Shown: piece after piece, positions 45,948-56,015 of the stretch | Numbering within the stretch: position 1 is the stretch's first letter | Layout: every line of letters begins with the position of its first letter | Source: a virus | Lineage: Duplodnaviria; Caudoviricetes | Reading direction: 5' to 3' (one strand) | IMG/VR virus record: IMGVR_UViG_2548876968_000003 | Coordinates: 1-64,000 of that record | DNA length: 64,000 nucleotides | The notes under the pieces: model-generated | Databases searched by the model: none | What the model saw: the letters and a program-made list of their open reading frames with translations, nothing else | What the model was told of the DNA's origin: nothing | Program-made: the position numbers and the translations under genes

Positions 45948-46481
45948 TTATTCGATACCCGCTTCTCTGATTAATTTACACGCTTTCCAAAACAGAACGT
46001 GAAGCACCGTATCCTTACTTCTTTGATTGTCGAGGGACGAACAGACGCTATCATATAAAACCTGTTTATCTTGGGAGGACAACTTTCCGATCTTTTCGGC
46101 AAAATCAGTATCTGAGTCTTCAGTACCGGAAACAAGACCCGCGATTCTAAGTAATCTAAATCCCTTCCAGAATAAAATATGAAGAACAGTGTCTCGGGAT
46201 TGATTGTTTACCACCGAGGAATTGAGACTATCGAATAGATTTTGCCGATCTTCGGGACCAAGTTCCAGAACTAGGTTTGCTAAAATCACATCTTCGTCCT
46301 CTACGGACTCCATTTCTTTTAAATCGTTTCGTTCTATATCTTCAGACGCGGGAGGTAAGGGATGCGGAGCTTGTAGAGAGGTCTCCTCGATAATAGATGA
46401 GGTGTTTTCGAATTGATCTTCGACCGCTACCAATTTGGGATCATTGGATACGGATTCATTTTGAGTTGTTTCGTTAGACAC
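45948..46481 (-). CDS. Hypothetical protein with a tandem ~50-aa domain
   Basis: DRQNLFDS...DTVLHILFWKG and DKQVLYDS...DTVLHVLFWKA. Confidence 0.6.
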   Translation of the reverse strand: MSNETTQNESVSNDPKLVAVEDQFENTSSIIEETSLQAPHPLPPASEDIERNDLKEMESVEDEDVILANLVLELGPEDRQNLFDSLNSSVVNNQSRDTVLHILFWKGFRLLRIAGLVSGTEDSDTDFAEKIGKLSSQDKQVLYDSVCSSLDNQRSKDTVLHVLFWKACKLIREAGIE

Positions 46482-46738
46482 TGGATTGATTCCTTTTTTT
46501 AGTTTTCCCGATTGTAAAACGTGTCCAGTTTTATCGGGAAGGGAATCCTATTTGGGGGGTTCAAGTTTAATTAAGAAGTTGTGATTAATTCAGTGGCGTG
46601 ACCGAAAGAAAATCTGGATTGTATTTTATCCGTTAAAAACAATACGCAATGCAAAGGAAAACACGTTGGTTTGTAGACGGGACTTTGAGTCAAAAAGATC
46701 TTAAAACCGTTTGTTTCAATCGATAGGAGAAAGTCTTT

Positions 46739-47199
46739 TTAACCGGTCATTTTCAGAATTCCCTTGAGAATCTTTCTACGAAAAAACTCTAAGGCTGTTA
46801 TCCGATCCGCGATTTCAAATCGTCTTAAATCTACGGAACATTCTAAAGGTGTTCCGGTATTTGATAAAACGAGAATGATTCCTGAATCGGTTTCAACAAG
46901 CATTCTGCCAAATTGGCCTATAGAATAATTCTTTTTTGGCTTACGATAGATCTCCTGGATGATTCCATATTCGTCTTTTTTTGGATATTCATATTCCCCT
47001 CGCAAAGACTCGATAAGTTTTACTTTATCTCCGACTTTAAAAACAACTTTCCTATTTAATAGCTCGGAAATATCTTCTATTAAGTCCCTTTCTTTTTGCT
47101 GGATAGGGTCGCAAATTTCGCTTTCCGATCTTCTATATCTTTGATCAATCCAGCTATAATCCGCGCTCGTTTACTGAAGTCATAGTCGTCAAAAATCAT
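46739..47199 (-). pseudogene. Frameshifted hypothetical gene
   Basis: ATG 47199 frame stops at ~47082; the -1 frame is open from ~47170 to 46739 with no start until TTG 47005. Confidence 0.45.
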
Positions 47200-47208
47200 A
47201 TCCTTTTT

Positions 47209-48663
47209 TTATCTTTTTGAAAATTTATTTGGGTCTATCCCAAACAGTCCCAATCTCTTGTTTCGTATATCCGACGCTGTTTTGGGTTTACTTTCTACCT
47301 CATTTTTTACAGTAGCATATGATCTTGTTATTATATCTTTTTTTCTTCCGATAACTTTTAAAGCCCAATAGCGCAAGGCATCCATCGCGTGATCGTGATT
47401 TTTGATAGGCACCTCTTTCGCGTTTCTCCCGTCCTTTTGAGGTTCCCAAGAATAAATTGAAAATTCTTCGATCGTATGAACACAAGTTCGAAATATCTTT
47501 AATTTTACACCCTGGTCTGACTCTAATAATTTTATGAGAGCCTGGATCCCGGTTGAAACGTCTTTATCAGCCGCAAAAGTTACATATCCACATTCCGCCA
47601 TCGTCGCGCGGTCTTCCGCGTCGTGATCGGCAACGATCCAAAAATTCGGCTTTCTTCTATCTCCTATTAGTTCACAGTGCTTACGAACTGTTTGTTCTGT
47701 GAGATAATGTTCATCCGCCAAATACCAGGTTTCGTTTGCTTTATCGAAAAATAACCAAAGGAAAACAAACGGATTTGTATATCCGAAATCCACAGCACCT
47801 GCACAGTCCCATGTATCCGGAATTTTGAATGGCTCGACAATTGCCGACTCAAACATCGGATAGACCAGACCTTCAACGTCTATCCAAAGTCCCAGATACA
47901 ACCGGTCTCTTTCGACTCCTGTTAGTTCCGAGAGCATTTGTTTGTACTCGTCTGTGATAAAAGGATTATCTAGTGGCGTCCAATGACGACGCGCCATTCT
48001 GCTAAGTCTTCGGGAGGAAAGAACTTCTCCCGTTTCAGGATCTTGTTTTAATACAAAATACTTGTAAATCCAATGAAACCGATTTCTCGGATTACAATCG
48101 ACGATCAGTTTGTTTGTGAGTTCTTCCCTTACATAAGAAAGTCTGGTTTTTATTTTTTGAAATGTGGGATAAGAAATTTGTGTAGCTTCGTTTAAAAATA
48201 TGGTATTGAATTCCGTTCCCATAATCTTCTCAACGCGATCTGAATCATCAAGGCCCGCTCCATAGATTTCAGCTCCGTTTGTGAATGTGATAACATGGTC
48301 GCTCTCATTGGTTGTATAATCCCGATCCTTTAAAAATCCCATCTCCTTCAAACACGGAAGAAGGGTCTGTCTCCAAACACTCATCCTTAGATGATTGAGT
48401 CTGTATCTGGCTATTAAGTGCCTTGAACCGGCGGAGATCCAAGCGCGAGAAATAATCGCCTTGATTATAAGGTAGGTTTTCCCGCTACGAGCTCCACCGT
48501 CGTAGCAAAGTTCTTGGATGGAATGATTTGCCCAATCTTCGTCTAGGGCAAGAGACTGTTTTTCTGAAAAATACTTATCCCTGTGGATCGTCTCCGTCTT
48601 GGCTTTTGCTGGATCTATCTTTAGAAGCTTCTTTCTTGCCGACACTAATCGTTTTCCCGCCAA
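47209..48663 (-). CDS. terL: Terminase large subunit
   Basis: GGARSGKT, IFLNEATQ, VDFGYTNP, DHAMDALRY. Confidence 0.95.
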   Translation of the reverse strand: MAGKRLVSARKKLLKIDPAKAKTETIHRDKYFSEKQSLALDEDWANHSIQELCYDGGARSGKTYLIIKAIISRAWISAGSRHLIARYRLNHLRMSVWRQTLLPCLKEMGFLKDRDYTTNESDHVITFTNGAEIYGAGLDDSDRVEKIMGTEFNTIFLNEATQISYPTFQKIKTRLSYVREELTNKLIVDCNPRNRFHWIYKYFVLKQDPETGEVLSSRRLSRMARRHWTPLDNPFITDEYKQMLSELTGVERDRLYLGLWIDVEGLVYPMFESAIVEPFKIPDTWDCAGAVDFGYTNPFVFLWLFFDKANETWYLADEHYLTEQTVRKHCELIGDRRKPNFWIVADHDAEDRATMAECGYVTFAADKDVSTGIQALIKLLESDQGVKLKIFRTCVHTIEEFSIYSWEPQKDGRNAKEVPIKNHDHAMDALRYWALKVIGRKKDIITRSYATVKNEVESKPKTASDIRNKRLGLFGIDPNKFSKR

Positions 48664-49210
48664 TCACCTTCTCGATCGATCCAGGAAGCTCGCCAACTCC
48701 GGCGATAATCTGAATGTTGAATTGGCTTTTCTCATCCGGAGATCCGGACTCGTTTCGGATAGTATCAGGTAAACCCAATGATCGGAGTAGTTCCCGGAGG
48801 AGCGTATTTCGAGATTTAATCAGATGGGCAAGATCCTCGTTGGAAATTTCAGGATCATAGATTCGTTTTTGGATAAGATCTAAGAGTTCAGTAGATTCGG
48901 TATTCATCCGCGCAAGAGCCGTAGAAGCGCTGGAAATCAGGGAAAACTCCATTTTTTCCCTCACTTTTCCTACAATTTCCTCACGATCTGCGTTCCAACC
49001 GTTTCTTTGGATTAAGTTGTCGAGCTTCTTGTAATCGATATTATATTTGCGGCAGAGTTCTTCTCTCGAAGTAGCACCTTGAATGTATGCTATCCTAATT
49101 TTTTCTTTTATCTTCGCCGGGAGCTTTTCAGATTCAGACGTGCGTTTTGATAACGCATTGTCTTTGCTACCCTTCGTCTTTCGGGCAGGAACTTTCTTTT
49201 TAGCTACCAT
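48575..49210 (-). CDS. terS: Terminase small subunit
   Basis: N-terminal HTH, helical oligomerisation region, immediately upstream of terL. Confidence 0.65.
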   Translation of the reverse strand: MVAKKKVPARKTKGSKDNALSKRTSESEKLPAKIKEKIRIAYIQGATSREELCRKYNIDYKKLDNLIQRNGWNADREEIVGKVREKMEFSLISSASTALARMNTESTELLDLIQKRIYDPEISNEDLAHLIKSRNTLLRELLRSLGLPDTIRNESGSPDEKSQFNIQIIAGVGELPGSIEKVIGGKTISVGKKEASKDRSSKSQDGDDPQG

Positions 49211-49274
49211 TCAGGGAAAAACTATAACAGAATTCGTTTTATCATAATCACGGTTTCAAGGATAAAATTTAGGT

Positions 49275-50249
49275 TCATATTGAATGGGAAGAATATTCTA
49301 ATTTCTTTGAAATACGATACAATCGATCATCGGCCTCCGAACAACTTCTCTCATCCAGATCGATTCCAATAAATTTTCTTCCATTCTTTAACGAAACTTC
49401 TCCCACGGCGCCCTCTCCCATAAACGGATCGAGAACTGTACCACCTTCCGGACACCCGGCCAATACACAGATTTCGAATAGACGTTTAGGACCGACGGCA
49501 GTATGCCTACCTTTCGAATTCGGGGTAGCTATCTGCCAAACTGACCTCCGTCTTGCAGTGAAATCCTTTGATCGAGCTTTGTTTTGTAAGATTCGTTTTT
49601 TGATTTCGGAAGGGCTTTCCGCTTTGTGATCCGAATAGTTTTTTAAACTCATCCCCTCATACTCTCCGTGTTCGTTGGCACCCATTAATTTCAAAATAGC
49701 GGGTAGCGCCGTTTCCCCGTGATGAATTCCTCCGAGTGGAACCGCGACTGAGCGAGTATCCATATAATATTTCTCGAGATCCAAAACAAAAAGGAGAGCG
49801 TATTCATGAGATTGAGTAAATCTCCTTTTTACGGATTCAGGTTTACACGAACCTATGTTCCCCTCATCTGTTGAAATCGATTTTGCCCATACGATTTCCT
49901 GGACAAAGGTATATCCCTCTTCTTCCATCATGTCCACAAATCCGGACGGAATTCGAAGTGCACGGCCATGCTGAAACGAGTCGCCAATATTGACGAAGAT
50001 GGTCGCTGAGTTTTTAAGTCTTTTCTTTGCCTCTCGAAAAACCAGTCCAAGGCGGAAAAAATATTCCCAAGGTGCGGCCTCTCTTCCAATTTCTAAATCA
50101 GTTAAAGAATGTCCTTCGGGCAAATATTTTCGTTTCTGAAAGTAAGGCGGGGACGTTACGATACAGTCGATGCTGTTCTCGTGATCAACTTTCGAAAAAG
50201 TCCTTTGTAAAATCCGATCCGATGCTCCGCACGAAATTTTGTAATTCAT
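49275..50249 (-). CDS. Beta-class N4/N6 DNA methyltransferase
   Basis: IVTSPPYF and VLDPFMGEG. Confidence 0.9.
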   Translation of the reverse strand: MNYKISCGASDRILQRTFSKVDHENSIDCIVTSPPYFQKRKYLPEGHSLTDLEIGREAAPWEYFFRLGLVFREAKKRLKNSATIFVNIGDSFQHGRALRIPSGFVDMMEEEGYTFVQEIVWAKSISTDEGNIGSCKPESVKRRFTQSHEYALLFVLDLEKYYMDTRSVAVPLGGIHHGETALPAILKLMGANEHGEYEGMSLKNYSDHKAESPSEIKKRILQNKARSKDFTARRRSVWQIATPNSKGRHTAVGPKRLFEICVLAGCPEGGTVLDPFMGEGAVGEVSLKNGRKFIGIDLDERSCSEADDRLYRISKKLEYSSHSI

Positions 50250-51157
50250 TTCATTCTATCCTCACAGAGTATTGCAATGTCTTCAAACAAGGCCGTGGAA
50301 CATTCCCACTTTCCGCCTTCTAGTTCAGCGATATAGGATTGAGAGTATCCGAGAGCTTGCGCGAGTTCAAACTGAGTCATCCGAGCATCTTTTCGTAACT
50401 CCCGGATCCTCGAGGCCGTTTCTGAATTCTCAAATTTAAAATTCTTATTAAATGACTTTGACCTGGCCGCGTCCGCCGAATCCCGAATTACGTCCTTAAA
50501 TTTTCCTTTCCATTCATAATTTAGGTTTTTACCGTTCACTTGGAGAAGGAAGTTGCCGTCTGACAAGTCGGATATACTAACCCGAAGTCCTCGAATTTTT
50601 TTCTTTTCCCAAAGTCCTCGTAATTCTTCAAGTGTGACTTCTTTACTGCTACCCGACCGAATTTTCTTTAAATCGGATTTTATAGTGGCAATTGGAATTC
50701 CGGTATCGTTTGAGATTATATCTAAACGATTGTTTTTGATTTTGTTCCCTGTGAAAAATTCAGGACAATACACTTGATAGATTCGAACTCTTCCTTGATG
50801 TCCGAAATGTCTCCTTTTCGTATTCCGAGAAATGATATATCCGATTTCATTTTTGGGTGAAACGATATAACCGGAAATGAACGTCCATCCAAGAAGCTTG
50901 ACTGCGTTGACCCGGTTTTCACCGGAGAGACAAATATAGGTATTATTTTCCTCGATATACCTGACGGAAATCGGCTCTTGCAAACCGAACATATCGATGT
51001 CGATCGATAAATTTCGAATAAAGGCCTCGGATTTTCGTTCAAAGAGTTCTGAGTTCTTTGGATGAAACTGAATCCGGTCCAGTGGAATTTGTGCGATTGG
51101 AGGATTTGCCTCCGATTGCATCGTAAGAATTAAACGGGGTTTGATTTGATCTTGCAC
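50246..51157 (-). CDS. ParB/Srx N-terminal domain plus XRE HTH protein
   Basis: GLQEPISV...LSGENR; IRELRK...MTQFELAQALGYSQSYIAELE. Confidence 0.8.
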   Translation of the reverse strand: MQDQIKPRLILTMQSEANPPIAQIPLDRIQFHPKNSELFERKSEAFIRNLSIDIDMFGLQEPISVRYIEENNTYICLSGENRVNAVKLLGWTFISGYIVSPKNEIGYIISRNTKRRHFGHQGRVRIYQVYCPEFFTGNKIKNNRLDIISNDTGIPIATIKSDLKKIRSGSSKEVTLEELRGLWEKKKIRGLRVSISDLSDGNFLLQVNGKNLNYEWKGKFKDVIRDSADAARSKSFNKNFKFENSETASRIRELRKDARMTQFELAQALGYSQSYIAELEGGKWECSTALFEDIAILCEDRMK

Positions 51158-51232
51158 ACCCCATGCGTATCTTTATAGCCCCGAAAGGGTCCATTCTGGA
51201 TCCTGGAAGAACAAAAAAATTTTAAGGACTGT

Positions 51233-51979
51233 CTATTTTTTTGTTTTTAGTTTCTTCTTCTTTTTTTGATTCTCCAAGTCCAGTTCCATTGCGTGTTTTA
51301 ATCCGCCGTATGGACGGAGTTGTTTTGCTAATTTAGCTTTTTCGATTTGCAGTTTTTTTGTTTGCGAATCAATACTTTGAACCTGTTTCACAATTTTGTG
51401 TATGGTCGAAAGTTTCTTTTTATCAAGATCTTTGAGTTGAATCGGAGTCGGTTCATTTCCCGAAAGGATCGCTTTTGCCGCTTTTAGGTAACGCTGGTTA
51501 GTCCTCTGAGATCTTCCGAAAGTTTTTGTCAAAACTTCAGACAAAGGAGGCCCTAACTTCTTTCTTTCCTCCGGTGAAATATTCCCACGAAACTCTTTGA
51601 GTATTCTTTCCTTTCCAAATTCTTTGATGATTGCTTTTACCGTATCTTCATCGCTCATCGCAAGACCGGAATTATTGACCGAATACATTACATACCGGCG
51701 AACATCATCCGTAAGGTCCGAAAGAACCATTTTTGCTAAAATCGTCGGATGATTTGCCTTTTTGTTGCCCTTTGATCGACGGTCTCCGTTTAAGAGCCAA
51801 TATTTCCCGTTTTTTGTTGGGTGTTTTACGACAATTATGGCTTCTGTAACCCCGTTATTTTTGATATTCTCGTTGAATGCGTCTTCTTCCTCTTTGGGAA
51901 CTTCTCGGGATATCAAATTTGGATGTTTTATAAGATCAGATTGTTTAATTTGAAAGGAGTCTGAGTAGTCTATTTTCAT
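51233..51979 (-). CDS. ParB/Srx-like protein
   Basis: IKNNGVTEAIIV...LLNGDRR. Confidence 0.75.
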   Translation of the reverse strand: MKIDYSDSFQIKQSDLIKHPNLISREVPKEEEDAFNENIKNNGVTEAIIVVKHPTKNGKYWLLNGDRRSKGNKKANHPTILAKMVLSDLTDDVRRYVMYSVNNSGLAMSDEDTVKAIIKEFGKERILKEFRGNISPEERKKLGPPLSEVLTKTFGRSQRTNQRYLKAAKAILSGNEPTPIQLKDLDKKKLSTIHKIVKQVQSIDSQTKKLQIEKAKLAKQLRPYGGLKHAMELDLENQKKKKKLKTKK

Positions 51980-52053
51980 ACGGACTAAATTTCTGGTTCC
52001 GGATAAAATTTAGTAAAGTCATTTTTCTTTCCAAAACCTCAGAGTTACAAGAC

Positions 52054-53085
52054 TTAGAAAAGCCTCGGACCGATTCTTTTTTCCGCCTCATCCGCAAATT
52101 TTGGGACGATTTCTATCCCTGTAAATTCGCAACCTAAATCCAAAGCCACGATTCCCGTAGTTCCCGATCCAAAAAATGGATCACAAACACGCGGCGGTAC
52201 GGGGTCGTATGAATGTTCACAAGATGAGACAGACTTTTCTTTGTATTGGCTCCCACAAATTTTGCAAACACCGATTCTACTCGTTCCAGCTTTGATACAA
52301 CTTGAGATTAATTCCCGAGGAAAAGTCGCGGTATGTGAGGTTTTGGATGGTGCGGTCGTAACGGTCCAAACCGATCTTTTATTCCGGCGCGCCCGATAAA
52401 CGCGAGCGGACGTCCCCCTTTTGCTGTGAAACACAGTTCTACCTTGATTTGCAATTTCTAAAGCATTGGAGCGAAAACTTTTGTGACCCGGTATCAAACT
52501 TACTGCCGGTTCTGAAATTGCATCCGCATCGAAATAATAACTGGATTCTTTAGTCAGAAGAAATATGTATTCATGTGCTGTTGTACATCTGTCTTTCACA
52601 GGTGAAGGCATTGGATTTGGTTTATTCCAAATAATATCCTGCCTGAGATACCAACCGTCTTCTTGTAAGGCAAATGCGACTCGCCAAGGTATCCCTATCA
52701 AATCTTTTTTCTTAAGTCCCGCAACCCTTGTCGCCAAATTAAATGACGACTGGTTCATCGAACCTTTTTTACTCTGGGTGATAGAAGAACTTATTTGATT
52801 CGGTCCATTTTCCTTCTTGCTTCCAGAATTATAAGAATCCCCAAGGTTTACCCAGGCCGTACCTTCCGGATGCAAAACTCGTCTGATTTCTCGAAAGACT
52901 TCGACCAGTCGATTCAGATATTCTCCGGGAGCATCTTCCAGTCCGATCTGTCCCGGATGGCCATAGTCACGTAAGCGAAAGTAAGGAGGCGAGCAAACGA
53001 CGACATGAAAATAATTCGATGGGAATGTGCGAAGATGTTCTAAAGCATCTCCAATGAAAATTTGGTTTCTTAAATTTTGTTCCAT
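52054..53085 (-). CDS. Beta-class N4/N6 DNA methyltransferase
   Basis: VCSPPYF and CDPFFGSGTTG; CxxC insertion. Confidence 0.9.
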   Translation of the reverse strand: MEQNLRNQIFIGDALEHLRTFPSNYFHVVVCSPPYFRLRDYGHPGQIGLEDAPGEYLNRLVEVFREIRRVLHPEGTAWVNLGDSYNSGSKKENGPNQISSSITQSKKGSMNQSSFNLATRVAGLKKKDLIGIPWRVAFALQEDGWYLRQDIIWNKPNPMPSPVKDRCTTAHEYIFLLTKESSYYFDADAISEPAVSLIPGHKSFRSNALEIANQGRTVFHSKRGTSARVYRARRNKRSVWTVTTAPSKTSHTATFPRELISSCIKAGTSRIGVCKICGSQYKEKSVSSCEHSYDPVPPRVCDPFFGSGTTGIVALDLGCEFTGIEIVPKFADEAEKRIGPRLF

Positions 53086-53160
53086 CCTGACTGGACCTTC
53101 TTTGGCAAATCAGAATGTAAATTACACTACTTTATCGGAGAAGACTCCCTTAAGGATCAA

Positions 53161-53504
53161 TTACAAGCAAAGGAAGCACAAGTCTCCGATTCGAGCAAAA
53201 TCGTTCTTCATCAAGGAAATATGAAATTTGATGATATTGTAACCACAAAGGGGAAGATCGGAAATAAAATCCTTAATCCTGTCTTTGATATCCGAAAGCT
53301 TTGGAGCGTTTGCACTCTTTCATCCGTAATCCCGTGAATCTTTGTTGCCTACTGTGAAATCGGCGTTTCAGGGTTTATGAGAGAACTAAAAAGATTTGAA
53401 ATCCAAAATTGTAGGCCCCCAAATCAAATGGATCAATCCGGTTTCGATAGATTTTAACCCATGGGCCCAAGATCCAGAAAGATTATACGAAATTCTTCTC
53501 TCAT
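53161..53504 (-). pseudogene. Decayed DEDDh 3'-5' exonuclease (DnaQ-like)
   Basis: RIIFLDL...FSSLINPETPISQ*ATKIHGITDERV then, after a frameshift, NAPKLSDI...FISDLPLCGYNIIKF; at least 4 stops. Confidence 0.8.
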
Positions 53505-53521
53505 TTTGGAAAAATATTTTC

Positions 53522-53785
53522 TTACGCATCGATTAAAATTCCGTTTCGCCAGATTTTTGTTTTACTCGGTCGATTTTTCCGGTGGATTCCGTATTCGTAT
53601 CGCTGGACCGAATACTCAACTCCTTCGGGTGCGATTCCTTGAAGTTCAGTAGCCGTCGAGATCGCTTTCTCCATTCCTTCTGGTCCTTCAAAACACTGCC
53701 CTATCGCTCCCCATAGCCGGGGAGTATTGGTAGTTGGCGGCAAGTGTTGGTAAATATGAAACTCTTCCTTTAAAATCCGGTTCAT
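53522..53785 (-). CDS. Hypothetical early protein
   Basis: Coupled to the initiator gene. Confidence 0.55.
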   Translation of the reverse strand: MNRILKEEFHIYQHLPPTTNTPRLWGAIGQCFEGPEGMEKAISTATELQGIAPEGVEYSVQRYEYGIHRKNRPSKTKIWRNGILIDA

Positions 53786-55185
53786 TACTTCACCAAAGCC
53801 AATCTGGCGCCCGTCGGGTATTCATGGCCGCCTCCTGGCCCCCTCTCATCCGATTTTGAAAATTCCTCATTTGAAGGCGGAGCAAGTAAGGGTAAAACGA
53901 CACGTGTCGTTTTACTTTCGATTCCGGTTCCAGATTTTTCTAAACAATCCGATTCATCCTCTTTTGCAGCTCCCCGAGTTAATTCTTTCCTTATTTCGAA
54001 TTCTGAATTTCGAAACTTGGGTGGAGCGCATTCCCTAAAGTATTTTTCATAGATAATCTTCTTTCCGTCCACATACGTCGCTGGATCCCTATTTTGTTTG
54101 TAGAAGTTGATCAATGAATTATGAAGATTTCTCTCTGCCCACTGCAAAAAACATTCATGCCTAGTTTTAGGCTCCGGTTTATCCGGATCGATAAAACACT
54201 CGGAAGGCCTTCGTAGCGGGATGTCTTTTTTATTTGGCGCAGTTTCATTTTTTCTTTTTGGATATCTTTCTTTTGAAACTTGTCTTCTTTGATCCTGAGG
54301 AAATAACCGCGCCCAAAATTTAGAAAGGGTCTCCGGACTCACTGCCTGCTTTGCCCAAAAATTCCCGTCTTCGCTTCTAAGTTGTATTAGGATTTGAATT
54401 TTGAAATGAACCTGGCTCCAATCTCCGTTTGTAGTCTTGTATATCCATTGCAAACTCTTGAGTTCGGAAATCGGCTCCCCCATAGACATTCCATGTTCCT
54501 GGCTGTACACCCTTTGGAAGGATTCAAGCCAAAGAGCCGGGAAGTTCCAGGGTGTGTGTTTTTCATTTGGACTGTTTACGTTTTTATGAAGACGTTCTGC
54601 CAAGTCCTTCTCTCTAGAAGTATTTGAGTTTTGGTTTTTTAGGATTTGGTCCATTAGTACTTTGTTTTTAGTACTTAGTAAGGGCTGTTTTACCGAAGCC
54701 GGGCTTTCCACTTCTGGGAAAACCGGTGCCGGATCCACCGGGACTGGAAAAACCGTTCCTGGTGATTTCGGTTCCGGCTCTTCCGGTCTGTCAAATAATC
54801 CAGGCCCTAAGTCGGCCTTCGATTTAACCTTTTTGTTACTTTCCTTAGCCGTCAAAACGTACGGTTTCTTGGAAGTCTCAAAAAAATACCAGGCTTGTGT
54901 GATTCTTCCGGTTTGTGGATCCCTTTCACGGCTTAGCTCAGCGTAACCAAAATGCTCAAGCTCCCGGAGTCCGGCGATCGTACTTTCTCTTTTGTCCGAA
55001 GCATGAGTTTGCAACTCCTCGCTATTTACAGACCAGTCGGGAGGAAGTTGTAAAATAAAGATTAAAAGGCCACGGGCCTTCCAGCTTAGGCGATGATCTC
55101 GAATCCATATATTCGAAGAAATTGTAAAGTCCTGTTTGATTTCTTTAGTATGAAATATCCTTTGTTTTTTTGAAAAGAGAATCAT
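53785..55185 (-). CDS. Phage replication initiator (N-terminal wHTH)
   Basis: DHRLSWKARGLL..I..LP.DW...EL....LRELEHFGY; internal iteron-coded linker. Confidence 0.75.
   Translation of the reverse strand: MILFSKKQRIFHTKEIKQDFTISSNIWIRDHRLSWKARGLLIFILQLPPDWSVNSEELQTHASDKRESTIAGLRELEHFGYAELSRERDPQTGRITQAWYFFETSKKPYVLTAKESNKKVKSKADLGPGLFDRPEEPEPKSPGTVFPVPVDPAPVFPEVESPASVKQPLLSTKNKVLMDQILKNQNSNTSREKDLAERLHKNVNSPNEKHTPWNFPALWLESFQRVYSQEHGMSMGEPISELKSLQWIYKTTNGDWSQVHFKIQILIQLRSEDGNFWAKQAVSPETLSKFWARLFPQDQRRQVSKERYPKRKNETAPNKKDIPLRRPSECFIDPDKPEPKTRHECFLQWAERNLHNSLINFYKQNRDPATYVDGKKIIYEKYFRECAPPKFRNSEFEIRKELTRGAAKEDESDCLEKSGTGIESKTTRVVLPLLAPPSNEEFSKSDERGPGGGHEYPTGARLALVK
54690..54764. repeat. Five tandem 15-bp iteron-like repeats
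   Basis: WCCR-N3-CYGG units starting at 54692, 54707, 54722, 54737 and 54752. Confidence 0.65.
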
Positions 55186-55541
55186 ACACTTGCGCTTTTC
55201 TCGTTTCGAAATAAATCGGATACCACTTCAAAACACGAAAACGGAGCTTGGATTCCCAAATCTGTTCTCAAATCCCAGGCAACCGAGAGAGCCGCCAATA
55301 TCTCACGGAACCGCTCCATTGAATCCGTGAAGTAGAAAAGAAATCCTCTATCCCTAAAGATTGCCACCTCCCCTATTTCAACCGTAAGTCCCGTAATCCG
55401 AGAACTCTTATACGTAGAAGATTCCAGTGGACTTTTCAGGAAACGATACTCAGTGAGGAGTTTTTCAATAGGGGAAGAATCCGGCAGGGAGATTGCACTC
55501 GAAACGGAAAGAGAAGAATTCGGAGAAAGCAAATTTTCCAA
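55182..55541 (-). CDS. Hypothetical early protein
   Basis: ATGA overlap with the initiator gene. Confidence 0.5.
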   Translation of the reverse strand: MENLLSPNSSLSVSSAISLPDSSPIEKLLTEYRFLKSPLESSTYKSSRITGLTVEIGEVAIFRDRGFLFYFTDSMERFREILAALSVAWDLRTDLGIQAPFSCFEVVSDLFRNEKSASV

Positions 55542-55602
55542 GAGTTGATTCCTTTATTGAATTTTTCAGCAATTCTATTGAATTTTAAAAGAAAATACTC
55601 AA

Positions 55603-55887
55603 TCAATGACGATTTTGTTTTCTTTTGTGATGCACGTCAAATAAAATATCACAAAAGCATCGATTTTTCAACACCCGGAAAAAGACTTTCGTTATGCGAT
55701 TCAAAATATCCCGGTTAACGTGAGTTCGATGTAAGAATATTTGATTCATTTTTCTGAAAAAAGCCGAACTTGGACTTTGTAAATCTATTCTTAAAATGCG
55801 GGAACTACCGTAAGTCACGATTTTGCGAACAAATTCTAAAATTGTTAGGAATTTCTCTCCTTTAGAATTTAGAAAATTCTTTCTCAT
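55603..55887 (-). CDS. Hypothetical basic protein
   Basis: ORF only. Confidence 0.3.
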   Translation of the reverse strand: MRKNFLNSKGEKFLTILEFVRKIVTYGSSRILRIDLQSPSSAFFRKMNQIFLHRTHVNRDILNRITKVFFRVLKNRCFCDILFDVHHKRKQNRH

Positions 55888-55907
55888 TCTTAACCGCCGA
55901 ACTCACG

Positions 55908-56015
55908 TTATTTAAGCTTTTCAGGATATTCTGATCGGTTCGTTTTTTGGAAGGATGAACACCCTACCCCGCCAACCAAGAAAATCCCGCAAAAAACAAT
56001 CAGTGTAGCTTCCAT
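55908..56015 (-). CDS. 35-aa putative lipopeptide
   Basis: MEATLIVFCGIFLVGGVGC; SD-like GGAAAGGA. Confidence 0.3.
   Translation of the reverse strand: MEATLIVFCGIFLVGGVGCSSFQKTNRSEYPEKLK

Noticed and set aside
44379-48663. Intein or intron in TerL or the head morphogenesis protein
   Set aside because: Lengths are normal; no HINT (C...HN) or homing-endonuclease motifs
46532-53139. CCGATA-like boxes at 46532 and 53133
   Set aside because: About 47-50 nt from the starts, outside the 25-29 nt window; likely chance
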